DNA of 64,000 nt from Octopus vulgaris. Taxonomy: Eukaryota. Positions 1 to 13,380 of the stretch are shown one piece after another. The notes beneath the pieces were generated by a model. The model worked only from the letters and a program-made list of their open reading frames with translations, was not told the origin of the DNA and ran no database searches. The stretch covers positions 58,838,001-58,902,000 of the forward strand of contig OX597818.1 of assembly GCA_951406725.2 (NCBI GenBank), in the 5' to 3' direction. The position numbers and the translations under genes are program-made. Positions within the stretch are counted from its first letter, which is position 1; every line of letters begins with the position of its first letter.

Positions 1-1156
1 CTTTTCATGGTTACTTTGACGCATTTTTCTAATCCAAATTTCATATCTATTTCTTTGGTAGATCCATGAACTGTCTTTAATAGTGTTTCCAGCTGTTTGT
101 CATTTGCAGCGTATAGGTTTAGGTCATCCATATATAAAAGGTGGCTGATCGTTTTGCCGTAACATTTATATCCGCATCCAGTTCTATTTAGCATATCAGA
201 TAGAGGTGACAGTGCCAAGCAGAAAAGGAGTGGAGAGAGCGTGTCTCCCTGGAATATTCCTCTTCTAATGGGGATGTCTTTGGTTTTCATGAGTCTCTCT
301 TTTGTTTGGAGGTGTAGGACTGTTTGCCATTTATTCATAGAGTGCTCTATGAATTTTATGATTGTTGGTGCTACTTTGTTAATGGCTAGTGTTTCGAGGA
401 TCCATGTGGGGGGGATGCTATCAAACGCCTTTTTGTAGTCAATCCAGGCCATACTGAGGCCTTTCTTCTTTCTGTGGCTGTCTTCAGTTATGGCTTTATT
501 AATCATTAGTTGATCTTTACAGCCATATGAGCCTTTGCGGCATCCTTTCTGCTCTTCTGGGAACAGTTTGTTTTCGTCCAGGTGCTTGTTCAGCCTTTGT
601 GATATCACTGCAGTAAATGCCTTGAACATAGTAGGGAGGCAGGTTATTGGTCTGTAGTTTTCTGGTTTTTCTGTTTCATTTGATTTGGGAATTAAGATGG
701 TTTTCCCCTTCGTGAGCCATTCAGGCATTGTCTCTGGCTCTGCTAGTACGTTGTTAAAGTTTTCAGCCAGCTTTTTGTGCATTCCTGTTAGATATTTCAA
801 CCAGAAGTTGGGGATCTTGTCATGCCCAGGTGCCTTCCAGTTGCTTAGTCTTTGCAGTGCCTGGGTGACCTCTTCAGTTGTTATGGGGGTCCAAAGTTGT
901 TCAGATGCCGAGTTTGTTATTTTGATACTCCTTTTTTTTGGTGGTTCGTTCGCCGACCATATTTCTCCCCAGAATTCTTCCAATTCTTCTGCCGTTGGTG
1001 CTGCAGTGACTTCTATTTTATTTTTGCCCAGTTCTTGGTAGAACTTTTTGGGGTCGGAGTTGAACTTTTTGTTTTCTTCAAAGAAGCGTTGGCGTTTCTT
1101 GTACCGGCGGATCCTTTGTGCTTTGGCAAGGATATCTTGCTTCAGCTTTTCTTTCA

Positions 1157-1157
<1 letters not shown>
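1..1157 (-). mobile_element. R4/Dong-clade non-LTR retrotransposon, reverse transcriptase region (5'-truncated, runs off the window edge)
   Basis: Minus-strand translation gives WKAPGHDKIPNFWLK, NYRPITCLPT, EQKGCRKGSYGCKDQL, WIDYKKAFDS, RGIFQGDTLSPLLF, ISHLLYMDDL and KFGLEKC. The 5' end abuts (TAA)n at 1158-1209. Confidence 0.9.
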
Positions 1158-1196
<39 letters not shown>

Positions 1197-1538
1197 GTTA
1201 TTATTATTAATGAATGGATGAATGAATGAATTTTTCCCCATTTACACACAAGTATTTCGCCCGGCATGCTAACGTTTCTGCCAGCACGCCGCATTGTTGT
1301 GAATAAATTCCGTCAAAAACATGTGAATGTTGCATTACTTCAATTGAAATTTTGCTGTTACATGCATCAACAATCAAATGATAATGTGGTTATCCCCAAA
1401 TTTCCTTGCTACAGTTTTCTCATCTTACTCTGCCAATGTTGTCAAAATCTATTTCTATGAAAATTCTACTCTACCTAGTATTTTCTCGATATTGTAACAA
1501 TACCTTTATACAAGCCAAAATTACTATACCGCATATAT

Positions 1539-1770
1539 GTTTCTTTATTACCCACAAGGGGCTAAACATAGAGGGGACAAACAAGGACAGACAAACGGAT
1601 TAAGTCAATTACATCGACGCCAGTGCGTAACTGGTACTTAATTTAACGACCCCGAAAGGATGAAAGGCAAAGTCGACCTCGGCGGAATTTGAACTCAGAA
1701 AGGTAGCGACAGGCGAAATGCCGCGAAGCACTTCGTCCGGCGTGCTACCGTTTCTGCCAGCTCGCCGCCT
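1539..1770 (-). mobile_element. tRNA-derived SINE, family B
   Basis: Head GGCGGCGAGCTGGCAG, B box GAGTTCAAATTCC, core GCCTTTCATCCTTTCGGGGTCG..AAGTACCAG. Target-site duplication (TSD) TATACCGCATATA at 1525 and 1771. Confidence 0.9.
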
Positions 1771-1799
1771 TATACCGCATATAGCCATCCTTAACTTAT

Positions 1800-2115
1800 A
1801 ATATAAACTTAGATATGTTTCGAGCAAAGATTGGTCCAGGCCATGTCTAACTTAATAGCACCAACTGATAGGATTATTCGAATCCTGTTTAAGTCAAGTT
1901 TTGTTCAAGTAGTGAGTTCTTGTTGGGTGAGTTGTATCCAGTTTTGTTCAAGTAGTGAGTTCTTGTTAGGTGAGTTGTATCCAATTATGGATGGCTTATC
2001 TGGTATTCTTTGAAGGAATCTATCCAGACTCCGTTTAAAGTTGATGGGATCCTTTTCCTCTTTGATCTCCCTCGGGACAATGTTAAATAGGGCAGGGCCT
2101 GTTGAGGAAAAGAAA
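1800..2115 (-). mobile_element. CR1-group LINE 3' fragment
   Basis: FFSSTGPALFNIVPREIKEEKDPINFKRSLDRFL; homologous to 52800-52915. Contains a 43-bp tandem duplication at 1897-1983. Confidence 0.7.
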
Positions 2116-2444
2116 ATATACAATATAAAATCTTGAAAAAATATTTATTTATCATTGAGGGCTAGCTGTCGGGAGGTGCATGTGTCAGGGATCGTTCGGC
2201 ATGTAGCCGGAGACGTCAGCCTAAGACGCCGTCAGCCTCCTTCCATCGTAGTTAAAGAATATTGTTATGCAAGTCAATAGTGGTGTCCCGTTTGCTAAAA
2301 AATCTCATTCTAAAACAACTTCTAAATTACCCTAATTAATATTTTATAACCTGATACAACTAGATGATATTGTTTAAAATTTTGTTTGAAGAAATTACTT
2401 GATTTCTCTTTCTCTCAAATACCTCTACACTCCTGATCTTAGTA

Positions 2445-2862
2445 TACTCTTTTTTTTACTCTTTTTACTTGTTTCAGTCATTTGACTGCGGCCGTGCTGG
2501 AGCACCGCCTTTAGTGGAGCAAATCGACCCCGGGACTTATTCTTTGTAAGCCCAGTACTTATTCTATCGGTCTCTTTTGCCGAACCGCTAAGTTACGAGG
2601 ACGTAAACACACCAGCATCGGTTGTCAAGCAATGCTAAGGGGACAAACACAGACACACAAACATATACACACACTTATACATATATATATACATATATAC
2701 GACAGGCTTCTTTCAGTTTCCGTCTACCAAATCCACTCACAAGGCATTGGTCGGCCCGGGGCTACAGCAGAAGACACTTGCCCAAGATGCCACGCAGTGG
2801 GACTGAACCCGGAACCATGTGGTTGTTTAGCAAGCTACTTACCACACAGCCACTCCTGCGCC
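2445..2862 (-). mobile_element. tRNA-derived SINE, family A
   Basis: Head GGAGTGGCTGTGTGGTAAG..GGTTCAGTCCC, internal (TA)n(TG)n, tail (GTAAAAGA)n; about 11 copies in the window. Confidence 0.9.
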
Positions 2863-4137
2863 AAGGAGTGTGTCAGGAGATTTATATAAATTGTATTTTT
2901 TTTATAAATATCAATTAGAAAATATAAATTATCATCTAACGCTTAATAATAACAATTTTTTGAACCTATAATAAAACCCATAATTTTATTTTAAAAAATT
3001 GTTGATAATAAAATTTTTGTCCAATAACTTAATTATTTCTTTACCAGACATTAAACATTAGACATTTATAGATATTCTCATGACAAGTAAATATAATTTT
3101 TAGTCTAGCATTTAGGATTATAAATTTTTTGTAACAGATTACCTTACCTATTGATGCTAATAAGCTAAATAAAACTTACAATAGTTTTTTAGAATATAAA
3201 TCTATTTACACCTTCTCTATAATATTCTACAAAGAATTATATTTATATATTATTTTTATTTATTATTTTTATTTATTATTTTTATTATATTTTAAAACCA
3301 ATCTCTTATCTATATATTTACTATATCATTTTATTTAAAATATATCTCTATAAATGTCATACTCAGTTTATGTAAAACTATGCTGATATATTCATTGTTT
3401 ATAATATAAGAAATATGCTCAGACTATAATTGTTAATATTTAATATATAAATTTTAACATATTCCTTTAACTTTCCTTTATTAATACCAATAATTACCAT
3501 TTAATAAATAACTATAAATATATGTTAAGTTATAATAGAAATATATAAATATGGAATTATTTCTATATTTTCTGTCCGTCTATTGTGTAATTTTTTTTGA
3601 TAACACTGAAAGTATTCAGAAATATTCTTCTTAGTGCTCTTTAGAATAACTCTAAAATGTATCTGTGTATATAGAAATAACATTGTTTTATAGTAGGTAA
3701 ATGTTTTATACAATATGATTTCATTCTCCCAGTCCCATTAGCATTAGCCTGCAAATTTAGCTACTATAATCTTGTCTCAAAAATATTCTTACTGAACCAG
3801 ATGGTTTTACTTCAAAGAAATCTTGATTTATGACTCTGCCATTTAAATTGTCTATCTATTTTGCCCTATCCATAAAGGATACACTCTAGTTTCTCTTAGA
3901 TTTGATAAACTAGTCTATAAATTAAAACTACCCCCCCCACCAGTAAATCTAAATAACAGAAATAATCAGTGACAAGCAACGTCTTTTTTGAAAAAATCTA
4001 TTACAACTATGATGTTGTTGATAAAACATGTTCTATGTCTATCTACATCATAGTTGTAACAGATCCTCTTGGTGATTTTGGATAAAAAGAAAACTATACA
4101 AATGATTCCTTCAAATTTAACTAGATTTTATATTCTT

Positions 4138-4226
4138 ATGCAGCTGAAGATTGCTCTACATTTCAAATTGATGTAATATTTGCATTGTTCAATTAAATGG
4201 AGTCGCATGAAACGATCGTACTGCAT
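4138..4226 (+). ncRNA. Type I hammerhead-ribozyme-like motif (Penelope pseudo-LTR type)
   Basis: ATGCAG-CTGAAGA-(long stem II)-GAAAC-GATC-GTA-CTGCAT: 6-bp stem I, conserved core and palindromic stem III. Confidence 0.7.
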
Positions 4227-4356
4227 TACATCTGGATATCCTTGTTGCTAATTTTGATTATAATCACCATATTTAGAATTATATGGATAATTCCATACTA
4301 AATTCTGGTGCCTTTAACTTAAGTACCATATTCATCTGAATCTAAATTTTACTGAA

Positions 4357-4427
<71 letters not shown>

Positions 4428-4436
4428 GCATATATT

Positions 4437-4472
<36 letters not shown>

Positions 4473-5141
4473 AATATATATATAACTTATAGAGTACCGT
4501 TGTGGTGGATCTCCGTCGTTCGATGGTATGCATCCACTTGTTCATTTAAACGAATAAAAATACCAATTTCTCGTGAATTTAAATGCAAGTAAATGATCGC
4601 TTAAGTGAAATAACAACGTGACAGCGGGTAACAAGAATGACAGGAGTGAAAAGAATGGCAAGAGCTCACCTTCCGAATTAATTGTTAAATTAGTTCAACT
4701 GGCGTTTATGCTTATTACGTTTATTTAGTTTCACTTACAAAGTATGCTGGATTACATCGAGGCTATTGAAAATATCATATATCCTCTGAATATTCGTTCG
4801 ACTTAGACTTATCAAGGAGGTGGCCGACATCGCCATTTAATTCACATTGCATAGAAATTTAAACTATTGCATGCAATAAATCTTACGATCATTCACCTTT
4901 TAGGGCTTTACAATTTCAGTCATAATCTAAGGAAATACGCTCGTGATGATGAAGTGATCGTCTACATCTTACTTCGCTGTTCCAGGCAGACATACGTACA
5001 CACATGCGCTCACACACAGAAAGACAGACATACACACACACAAATACACATATTTATATATATATGTGTGTGTGTGTATAAAATATACAGTGTTTATAAA
5101 ATACCCAGGAGTGGCTGTGTGGTAAGTAGCTTGCTTACCAA

Positions 5142-5187
<46 letters not shown>

Positions 5188-5189
<2 letters not shown>

Positions 5190-5740
5190 TATATTAAATT
5201 AGAGATAAAACCACTATTAGGCAAATCATACAATGAAAAACTTAAGCCAATACATAAGATTGTTTGATTTATATTATTTAAATATATAACAAAATTATTA
5301 AAAAAATATAATTAATAAAACCCTACGATCGTTTCATGGCTGTTAATTTCTTTAAATTTTCGAGTCACATTCATTCATCAGGTGGTTTAAATATTTAACT
5401 TGGTGAGGTTTAATCAATGAAGTTCATTGATTAAACCTCACCAAGTTCAATATTTAAACCACCTGATGAATGAATGTGACTCGAAAATTTAAAGAAATTA
5501 ACAGCCATGAAACGATCGTAGGGTTTTATTAATTATATTTTTTTAATCATTTTGTTATATATTTAAATATTATAAATCAAACAATCTTATGTATTGGCTT
5601 AAGTTTTTCATTGTATGATTTGCCTAATAGTGGTTTTATCTCTAATTTAATATAATATAATATTTTACTATAAAATTGGATTCAATCCTAAATCTGATTT
5701 TTCCCTGTAAGTTTGGATTTATTCCCTAATATTTATTATA
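5188..5740. mobile_element. Fold-back (palindromic) Penelope-like pseudo-LTR element between (TA)n tracts
   Basis: Near-perfect inverted repeat 5188-5656 centred on TGAA-G-TTCA (5422). The arm carries CTGATGA(5463)...GAAACGATCGTA(5509-5520). Confidence 0.75.
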
Positions 5741-6175
5741 TATATATACATATATGTATGTATAAATGAGCAATGGTTCATCTAGATCCAGAGGCTCATA
5801 AGGCCGGTTTCGATCATTTGAGGCAAGCTCTCTCGCTTTGTCGGAGACACCCTTTGTTCTTAAGCACTTCACGTTGTGTACCGAGATTTCCGCGGTCGTT
5901 AACCCACATCAAATTCGCTATGTAACTAAACACACGCTACGTATGCGTGACCGATAATGTTTGCACTTCTGAAGATGCTCATAACTATTATAATAGTTTT
6001 ATATTTTATCTGTTAGAAATTTGAATAGTTTTTTTCTTGCGTTGTTTTTCTCTCTTTCCTTATCTATTATATTGTTCTTATATCTAAGTCATTTCTTGTG
6101 AATGAAGTTCAGTATATACACGAAATATTAGCAGCCGTCTTTTACACATATGAAACTAACATCTATACGTAGATG

Positions 6176-6340
<165 letters not shown>

Positions 6341-6344
6341 AAAT

Positions 6345-6552
6345 GTGGTGAGATAGCAGAACCGTTAGCACGATTGCCGAAGCGCTTAGCGGTATTTAGC
6401 TCATCGTTACGTTCTGTGTTCAAATTACACCGCGATCAAGTTTGCCTTTCAACCTTTCGGGGTCGATAAAATAAGGACCATTTGAGAACTGGAGTCGATA
6501 TACTTGACTCCTCTCCAGCTCCCCAAAGCTGCCCCTTTGGCACAAATTTGAA
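6345..6552 (+). mobile_element. SINE family B, diverged
   Basis: GGTGAGATAGCAGAACCGTTAGCAC...GCCTTTCAACCTTTCGGGGTCGATAAA. Confidence 0.75.
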
Positions 6553-6581
6553 ATAATTATTATTTGTGTTGTCGTTGTTGC

Positions 6582-6675
<94 letters not shown>

Positions 6676-6678
<3 letters not shown>

Positions 6679-6890
6679 TAGTTTTATTTTTATAGCGTGC
6701 TTTCACTTCACTACCGAGCGCAGCTCTGTGTGCCTTGGGTATGTGCTGTGGTTTGCTGTGATGCTCGTATGGTTATTGTATGGAAAGTGTTCTGCGTAGG
6801 ATGTGTGCGGTGCCTAGTAGTTCAATTTTCTGTATGTTATATGTGTTTGTAAGTCCTGGTGTTTTTGTTATGTATTTGTCTGAATACTTT
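6676..6890 (-). mobile_element. R4/Dong LINE extreme 3' end in (TAA)n
   Basis: KYSDKYITKTPGLTNTYNIQKIELLGTAHILRRTLSIQ* plus 3'UTR; near-identical to 51383-51600. Confidence 0.85.
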
Positions 6891-6896
6891 TTATTA

Positions 6897-6965
<69 letters not shown>

Positions 6966-6966
<1 letters not shown>

Positions 6967-7181
6967 GTAGTTTTATTTTTATAGCGTGCTTTCACTTCAC
7001 TACCGAGCGCAGCTCTGTGTGCCTTGGGTATGTGCTGTGGTTTGCTGTGATGCTCTGATGGTTATTGTATGGAAAGTGTTCTGCGTAGGATGTGTGCGGT
7101 GCCTAGTAGTTCAATTTTCTGTAAGTTATATGTGTTTGTAAGTCCTGGTGTTTTTGTTATGTATTTGTCTGAATACTTTTT
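6966..7181 (-). mobile_element. R4/Dong LINE extreme 3' end, second tandem copy
   Basis: Same sequence and same truncation point as 6676-6890, separated from it by (TAA)n. Confidence 0.85.
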
Positions 7182-7191
7182 CTTCTTCTTC

Positions 7192-7231
<40 letters not shown>

Positions 7232-7258
7232 CATTATTATTATTATCAGTATCGTTGT

Positions 7259-7591
7259 GGCACTCCATCGGTTACGACGACGAGGGTTCCAGTTGAGCCA
7301 ATCAACGCAATAACCTGCTCGTGAAATTCACGTGTCAATGACTGAGCACTCTCCACGGACACCTGTACACTTAATGAAGTTCCCAGGGGAGATTCAGCGT
7401 GACACAGGCAACAGTGAGAGAGAGTTGTGGTGGAAGAACACAGCAGGATGCGAAACCTCACTCTATCGAAGCCACGTGGAACTTCAGGTGTTTTCGCTCA
7501 ATAAACACTCTCAACGCCCGGTCTGGGAATCGAAATCACGATCTTATCACTTCGAGTTCGCTGCCCGAACCAGTGGTCGTTTGCACCTCCT
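7259..7591 (-). mobile_element. tRNA-derived SINE, family C (diverged)
   Basis: Reverse-complement match to 32435-32815 (GGTTTCGATTCCCAGACCGGGCGTTG...CCCTCGTCGTCGTAACCGA). Confidence 0.8.
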
Positions 7592-7641
7592 CTATTATTC
7601 ATATACACAACAGATTAGATTATTATTTATATTTTTGTTGC

Positions 7642-7672
<31 letters not shown>

Positions 7673-7694
7673 CTTCTTCTTCTTCTTCTTCTTC

Positions 7695-7737
<43 letters not shown>

Positions 7738-8180
7738 CATTATTGTTATTTTTATCCTTCCATTTACAACGCGGACCACAGTCCGATAAATAGATTTTCC
7801 CAATGGACGGATGACATTTGTGCTTTCTCACACTTTTGTGTGCTCGCAGTAGTCCTGTAGTCAGTAAAAACTGTGCCAACATCAGCCTGCATAAATGTCA
7901 TCAGTATCGTCGTATTGTTCACTTTAATCGTTCGTGACAAAAAAGACGATGATTTACGCAGAATTTAATATCCACATATCTTAGTAGAGACTTCGACACT
8001 TTTCCAGCGGAACATTTTATAGTATGTGCATTTTAACATATATATATCGCGATTAATAATAGACCAATAAATAATATTACACCCTCATATAATATAATAT
8101 ATATATATATATATGATTGTATATATATATATGTATGTATGTATATATGTGTGTGTGTGTTTGTGCGTGTGTGTGTGTGA

Positions 8181-8372
8181 AAACATGAAAACACAAAGAG
8201 AAAACACAACAGCGTGAGGACGTGAAACAAGCATAGTGTTATTGGACGCTCAGGAAAGACGGAAAGAAGGAGAATTTAACGTTCCGAGTGGAGCTCTTCG
8301 TCAGAAACAGGAAAAGGAAAGATCCAAGGAAGGGAAGACGGAGGAAAAAAATCGCCAACGGTTCACACGCGG

Positions 8373-8375
<3 letters not shown>
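8181..8375 (-). mobile_element. Penelope pseudo-LTR-like fragment with degenerate hammerhead motif
   Basis: Minus 8307-8275: TTT-CTGACGA-AGAG-ctcca-CTC-GGAAC-GTT-AAA; lies between (TG)/(TA) tracts. Confidence 0.5.
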
Positions 8376-8438
<63 letters not shown>

Positions 8439-8701
8439 GATTGTCGCAGTTGCTACATCACCTATTATACACCGTGATTTGGACAGGGCTCAACCCACCA
8501 GACTCCAAATATGGGCCGAGTTCTTCTTCATTACCATTATCATCACCACCATGAGCATACTCTTCTTATTTGAGACAGAGATAGGAAGAGAAAGAGAGAG
8601 GGGGAAGAGAGAGCTAGAGAAGGCGAGTCAGTGAGCAAGTGGGTAAGTGGGTGAGTATGAGGGAGTATGAGATAACAGGAAGTGCTAGATTGGTAGATAG
8701 G

Positions 8702-8736
<35 letters not shown>

Positions 8737-8833
8737 TTTTTTTGGTGTATTTAATACAGCTTTATTGAGGGATTGAATACAATGATAGATAATAATTGCT
8801 GTTAAGCTTCTGTTAGAGGTCTTTGTCTCGGGT

Positions 8834-9248
8834 ACTCTCTTTTCTCTTTTTACTCTTTTACTTGTTTCAGTCATTTGACTGCGGCCATGCTGGAGCACCG
8901 CCTTTAATCGAGCAACTCGACCCCAGGACTTATTCTTTTGTAAGCCCAGTTCTTATTCTATCGGTCTCTTTTTGCCGAACCGCTAAGTAACGGGGACATA
9001 AACACACCAGCATCGGTTGTCAAGCAATGCTAGGGGGACAAACACAGAGACACAAACACACACACATACACATATATATATACATATATACGACAGGCTT
9101 CTTTCAGTTTCCGTCTACCAAATCCACTCACAAGGCATTGGTTGGCCCGGGGCTATAGCAGAAGACACTTGCCCAAGATGCCACGCAGTGGGACTGAACC
9201 CGGAACCATGTGGTTGGTTAGCAAGCTACTTACCACACAGCCACTCCT
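8834..9248 (-). mobile_element. SINE family A
   Basis: Full-length match to 2445-2862. Confidence 0.9.
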
Positions 9249-10240
9249 GGTAGTGTTGTATGTTCGTATCTTACTTATATTTCCTTCATTATCGCTTATA
9301 TAATTGATTAGTTTTATATAAACGTAACATTTTCTTTTTACTCCATCTGTTCTATGATAACACCTCGACAAATATCACACCACCTGCATAAAAATAACAA
9401 TATGCAAATTATAAAACGTCAAATATTCAACTTTGTCCAAAACACGTGACCTCATTTCTGATTAAAATTCTCATCTATTGCAGTACGCCGGCAATAAACA
9501 TTTGTTTTTCGAAGTAATTATAGACCGATGATGAGCTACGTTAGATATTATCATCAACTGATTGTTCTCAAGACAAAACCAAATATGACACGGATTGAAC
9601 TTTTAATTTAGAACGTGCCAATACTATCTTCTCAACGAGACTAGCTTAACATGAGCTCAGAGCTTTACACATCTACTGATAATCTATATTAATTATAGTC
9701 TATAAAGAACTAAAGTCTTTGTACGTGATCAGCTGTTTGCACTGCTTTGCTTTTCTTTTTTTCTGGTAAAACATCTTTCTCCTGAGAAATGTTAATCGAT
9801 TTTATTTATGCAAGTTAACTTTCCTAAGAAATGTTTTCGATATGTTTTTATAATTTCGTTTATGAGATTTCAAGATAGAGAAGAGATTTGAAGATAAAGA
9901 ACTAAATAATTGTGGTTTTATTGTTCGTACAAATAATTTATTTTGAAGTCTTTTACTGGTGCCATCGTGCACATTTAGATGGAGAAATTTGCCTAACTAC
10001 ATTAATATCGATAGACACTTTCTCAATCCACTCGGTTTAATTCTACCACATAACACTTACAGACTTTTGTAGATTGCGTAACAAAGATACGGTCCCAATA
10101 GTACACTTCAAACGGAATTTTTTTCCAAAATTACCAAACAAGGTGTAGTTTCTAACATTTTCGGCCACAAATTTTACATCGGCTCTATATAGCATACGCA
10201 AACACTTCATGCTCTTCTAACTCATATATTGCTACATTGA

Positions 10241-10530
10241 TGGAGGTTAGGGCAGCGGCGTCGCGGTCGTAGGATCGTGGTTTCGATTCCCAGACCGGGC
10301 GTTGTGAGTGTTTATTGAGCGAAAACACCTAAAGAGCTCCACAGGGGGTGGCTGGCGATCCCTGCTGTACTCTTTCACCACAACTTTCTCTCCCTCTTCC
10401 TTCTGTTGAGCTGCTCGCTTAGCCAGCGGGGTGGCGTCATTTGAAGGCCTAAACAAGGCTAAGCGCATTGTGACCAACGATGTATAGCAACATCTGATAG
10501 CCTGGTCGGTCACGGTGATCACCGTGATAT
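10241..10530 (+). mobile_element. SINE family C variant (different 3' half)
   Basis: GGTTAGGGCAGCGG..GGTTTCGATTCCCAGACCGGGCGTTGTGAG head; tail (GGTCACGGTGAT)-like. Confidence 0.8.
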
Positions 10531-10824
10531 CACTACATTGATTGTGCAGTATTCGGATAGTATCGTATTTATTTCATAAATATATATATATCATGTGATG
10601 CTATGCATTTGATTTCTATAGCGAACGCTGTCGTTTAATGCATTGTCTCAGGATGATAATGTATTCCATACCATGAAATGCCATTAGATTTTGGATTTAG
10701 TGACAGGTACATTTACATATTAAAATGTTCCCAAGTTTCCGAAAGAGGGCTAATATACTCGAGTTAATAGAATTATAAAGTATTATTGACAGAATTTTTG
10801 TGTGCTTCAATGCATACACACACA

Positions 10825-10866
<42 letters not shown>

Positions 10867-10956
10867 GACAGACAGACACACACACGCACACAAACAAACA
10901 CACACGCATATATAATATATATATATATATATGAAGTATGTATGTGTATGCATACA

Positions 10957-10996
<40 letters not shown>

Positions 10997-11558
10997 TTAT
11001 ATGTATATATGTATGAATATATAATAGATATGTATATATATATATGTATGTATATATTTATATATGTATATATGTATATATATATAGATAGATATATATA
11101 TATATATATAGATATGTATATATATGTATATATATAAATATATATATATATATAATAGATATGTATATATATATATATTTAAATATATATCTATATATAT
11201 ATATGTATCATATATTTTGTTTGGATGTATGCATATGTGTATCATATGTGTGTGTGAATTTATGTACATATATATATATTGTATATATGCGTGTAAACAC
11301 ACACACATATGTATGAATGTGTGCATGTTTGCGCACGATTATATAAACCGGAGAGTAACGTTTCTTGAAAAGGTATTGGGATTATTATTAAATCATTAGG
11401 CTCGTTTTTGTTGACTATTTGGGTCCCGCCTCAACAGAAGACACCATCAACAATGACGAATGAAGAAAGACGTATAAGCTAAGCTCATTATGCGTTATGT
11501 TATGATAAAAATAAAAATAAGGAAATAATCGGAGAACGAAACATTAGTGTTTGAATAT

Positions 11559-11728
11559 AGGTGCAGGAGTGGCTGCTGTGTGGTAAGTAGCTTGCTTACC
11601 AACCACATGGTTCCGGGGTTCAATCCCACTGCGTGGCATCTTGGGCAAGTGTCTTCTGCTATAGCCCCGGGCCGACCAATGCCTTGTGAGTGGATTTGGT
11701 AGACGGAAACTGAAAGAAGCCTGTCGTA

Positions 11729-11799
<71 letters not shown>

Positions 11800-12000
11800 G
11801 TGTGTTTGTCCCCCTAGCATTGCTTGACAACCGATGCTGGTGTGTTTACGTCCCCGTCACTTAGCGGTTCGGCAAAAGAGATCGATAGAATAAGTACTGG
11901 GCTTACAAACGAATAAGTCCCGGGGTCGAGTTGCTCGACTAAAGGCGGTGCTCCAGCATGGCCGCAGTCAAATGAGTGAAACAAGTAAAAGAGTAAAGAG
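11559..12000 (+). mobile_element. SINE family A
   Basis: Full-length, with expanded internal (TA)n. Confidence 0.9.
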
Positions 12001-12104
12001 ATTACTATTCGTCTTGAAATGCTGGGATGAAATAAGCTTTTAATTAAACACTCAGAAAATATCAGTTAACATTATTAATTATTGTTCCTTAATTATTGTC
12101 ATAT

Positions 12105-12470
12105 GACTGTGTGGTAAGTAGCTTGCTTACCAACCACATGGTCCTGGGTTCAGTTCCACTGCGCGGCACCTTGGGTAAGTGTTTTTTTCTATAGCCTCGG
12201 GCAGAACCAAATCCTTGTGAGTGGATTTGGTAGACGGAAACTGGAAGAAACCCGTCGTATGTGTATATATATGTATATGTGTGTTTATATTTGTGTGTCT
12301 ATGTTTGTCCCCCCCAACATCGCTTGACAACCGATACTGGTGTGTTTACGTCCCCATAACCTAGAATTAGTACTACACTTACAAAGAATAAGCTCTGGGG
12401 TCAATTTGCTCGATTAAGGCGGTGCTCCAGCATGGCCGCAGTCAAATGACTGAAACAAGTAAAAGAATAG
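12105..12470 (+). mobile_element. SINE family A, older copy
   Basis: Diverged match with an internal deletion. Confidence 0.85.
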
Positions 12471-13128
12471 GATAAAATGCGCTTTTCGCAGTGGGTGAGA
12501 GACAAATGAAGACTACATATCACTTCGGTCATTTATTTGATACCGTTACATAAGTATAAAAATATTCCCTTTTTATTAATAAAATAAATAGAATTTAGTA
12601 AAGTTATTGCTCCTTTTTCGATAACTTACATTAACAATTCCAGTTTTTTGAAGGGAAAAAGATTGGGTACAGGAAGACATTAGCGAAAGGCTGAGTGGAT
12701 CAAGCATAGCAGGTTTATATATACAAATAGGGCTGTGAAAAGGAAATAACTGTACTGACAAAATTGTCTGACTTGTTGATGAATCATTCATACAGGAAGT
12801 CTGTCAATTCATATATAAATATAGTTTTAAATTATTCTACCGTCTCTAATTCATAACCAAATGAGAGATACACTCTTTAACTTCGATGATTTGCTTCTTA
12901 CGATTTATTGACTTGCGTCATACATTCTCCCGCCTTCACAATGCAGCGAAGCTGGACATTAACGCTGACACTAGGCTGTCGGACAGACCCAATTTGAAAA
13001 TTTACACCATGTCTCATAAGTAACCTTTACGGACTCAGCGCGATGTTTCTCTTGTCTCAGTGGACACTATATTGTTGATTCCAAATAGCCAACAACAAAT
13101 ACATTTATGTCCGCCAATAGATATTTCG

Positions 13129-13380
13129 TGGAGGCGCGTGGCTTAGTGTTTAGGGTGTTGGCATCATGATCGTAAGATTGTGGTTTCGATTCCTGGACCG
13201 GGTGACGCGTTGTGTTCTTCAGCAAAACACTTCATTTCACGTTGCTCCAGTCCACTCAGCTCACAAAAAGGAGTAACGTCGCGATGGACTGGGGTCCTGT
13301 CCAGCTGCGCAACACATACGCCATAGAAACCGGGAAACCGGTACCCTGAGCCTGGCTAGGATTTAAAAGGGCGCATTTAT
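13129..13380 (+). mobile_element. tRNA-derived SINE related to family C
   Basis: TGGAGGCGCGTGGCTTAGTGTTAGG..GGTTTCGATTCCTGGACCGGG; flanked by AATAGATATTTC direct repeats. Confidence 0.75.

Noticed and set aside
2622-2918. Recurrent small ORFs (MSSNARGTNT.../YDRLLSVSVYQIHSQG) suggesting a peptide family
   Set aside because: These are antisense translations of SINE family A, and the frames vary with microsatellite length.
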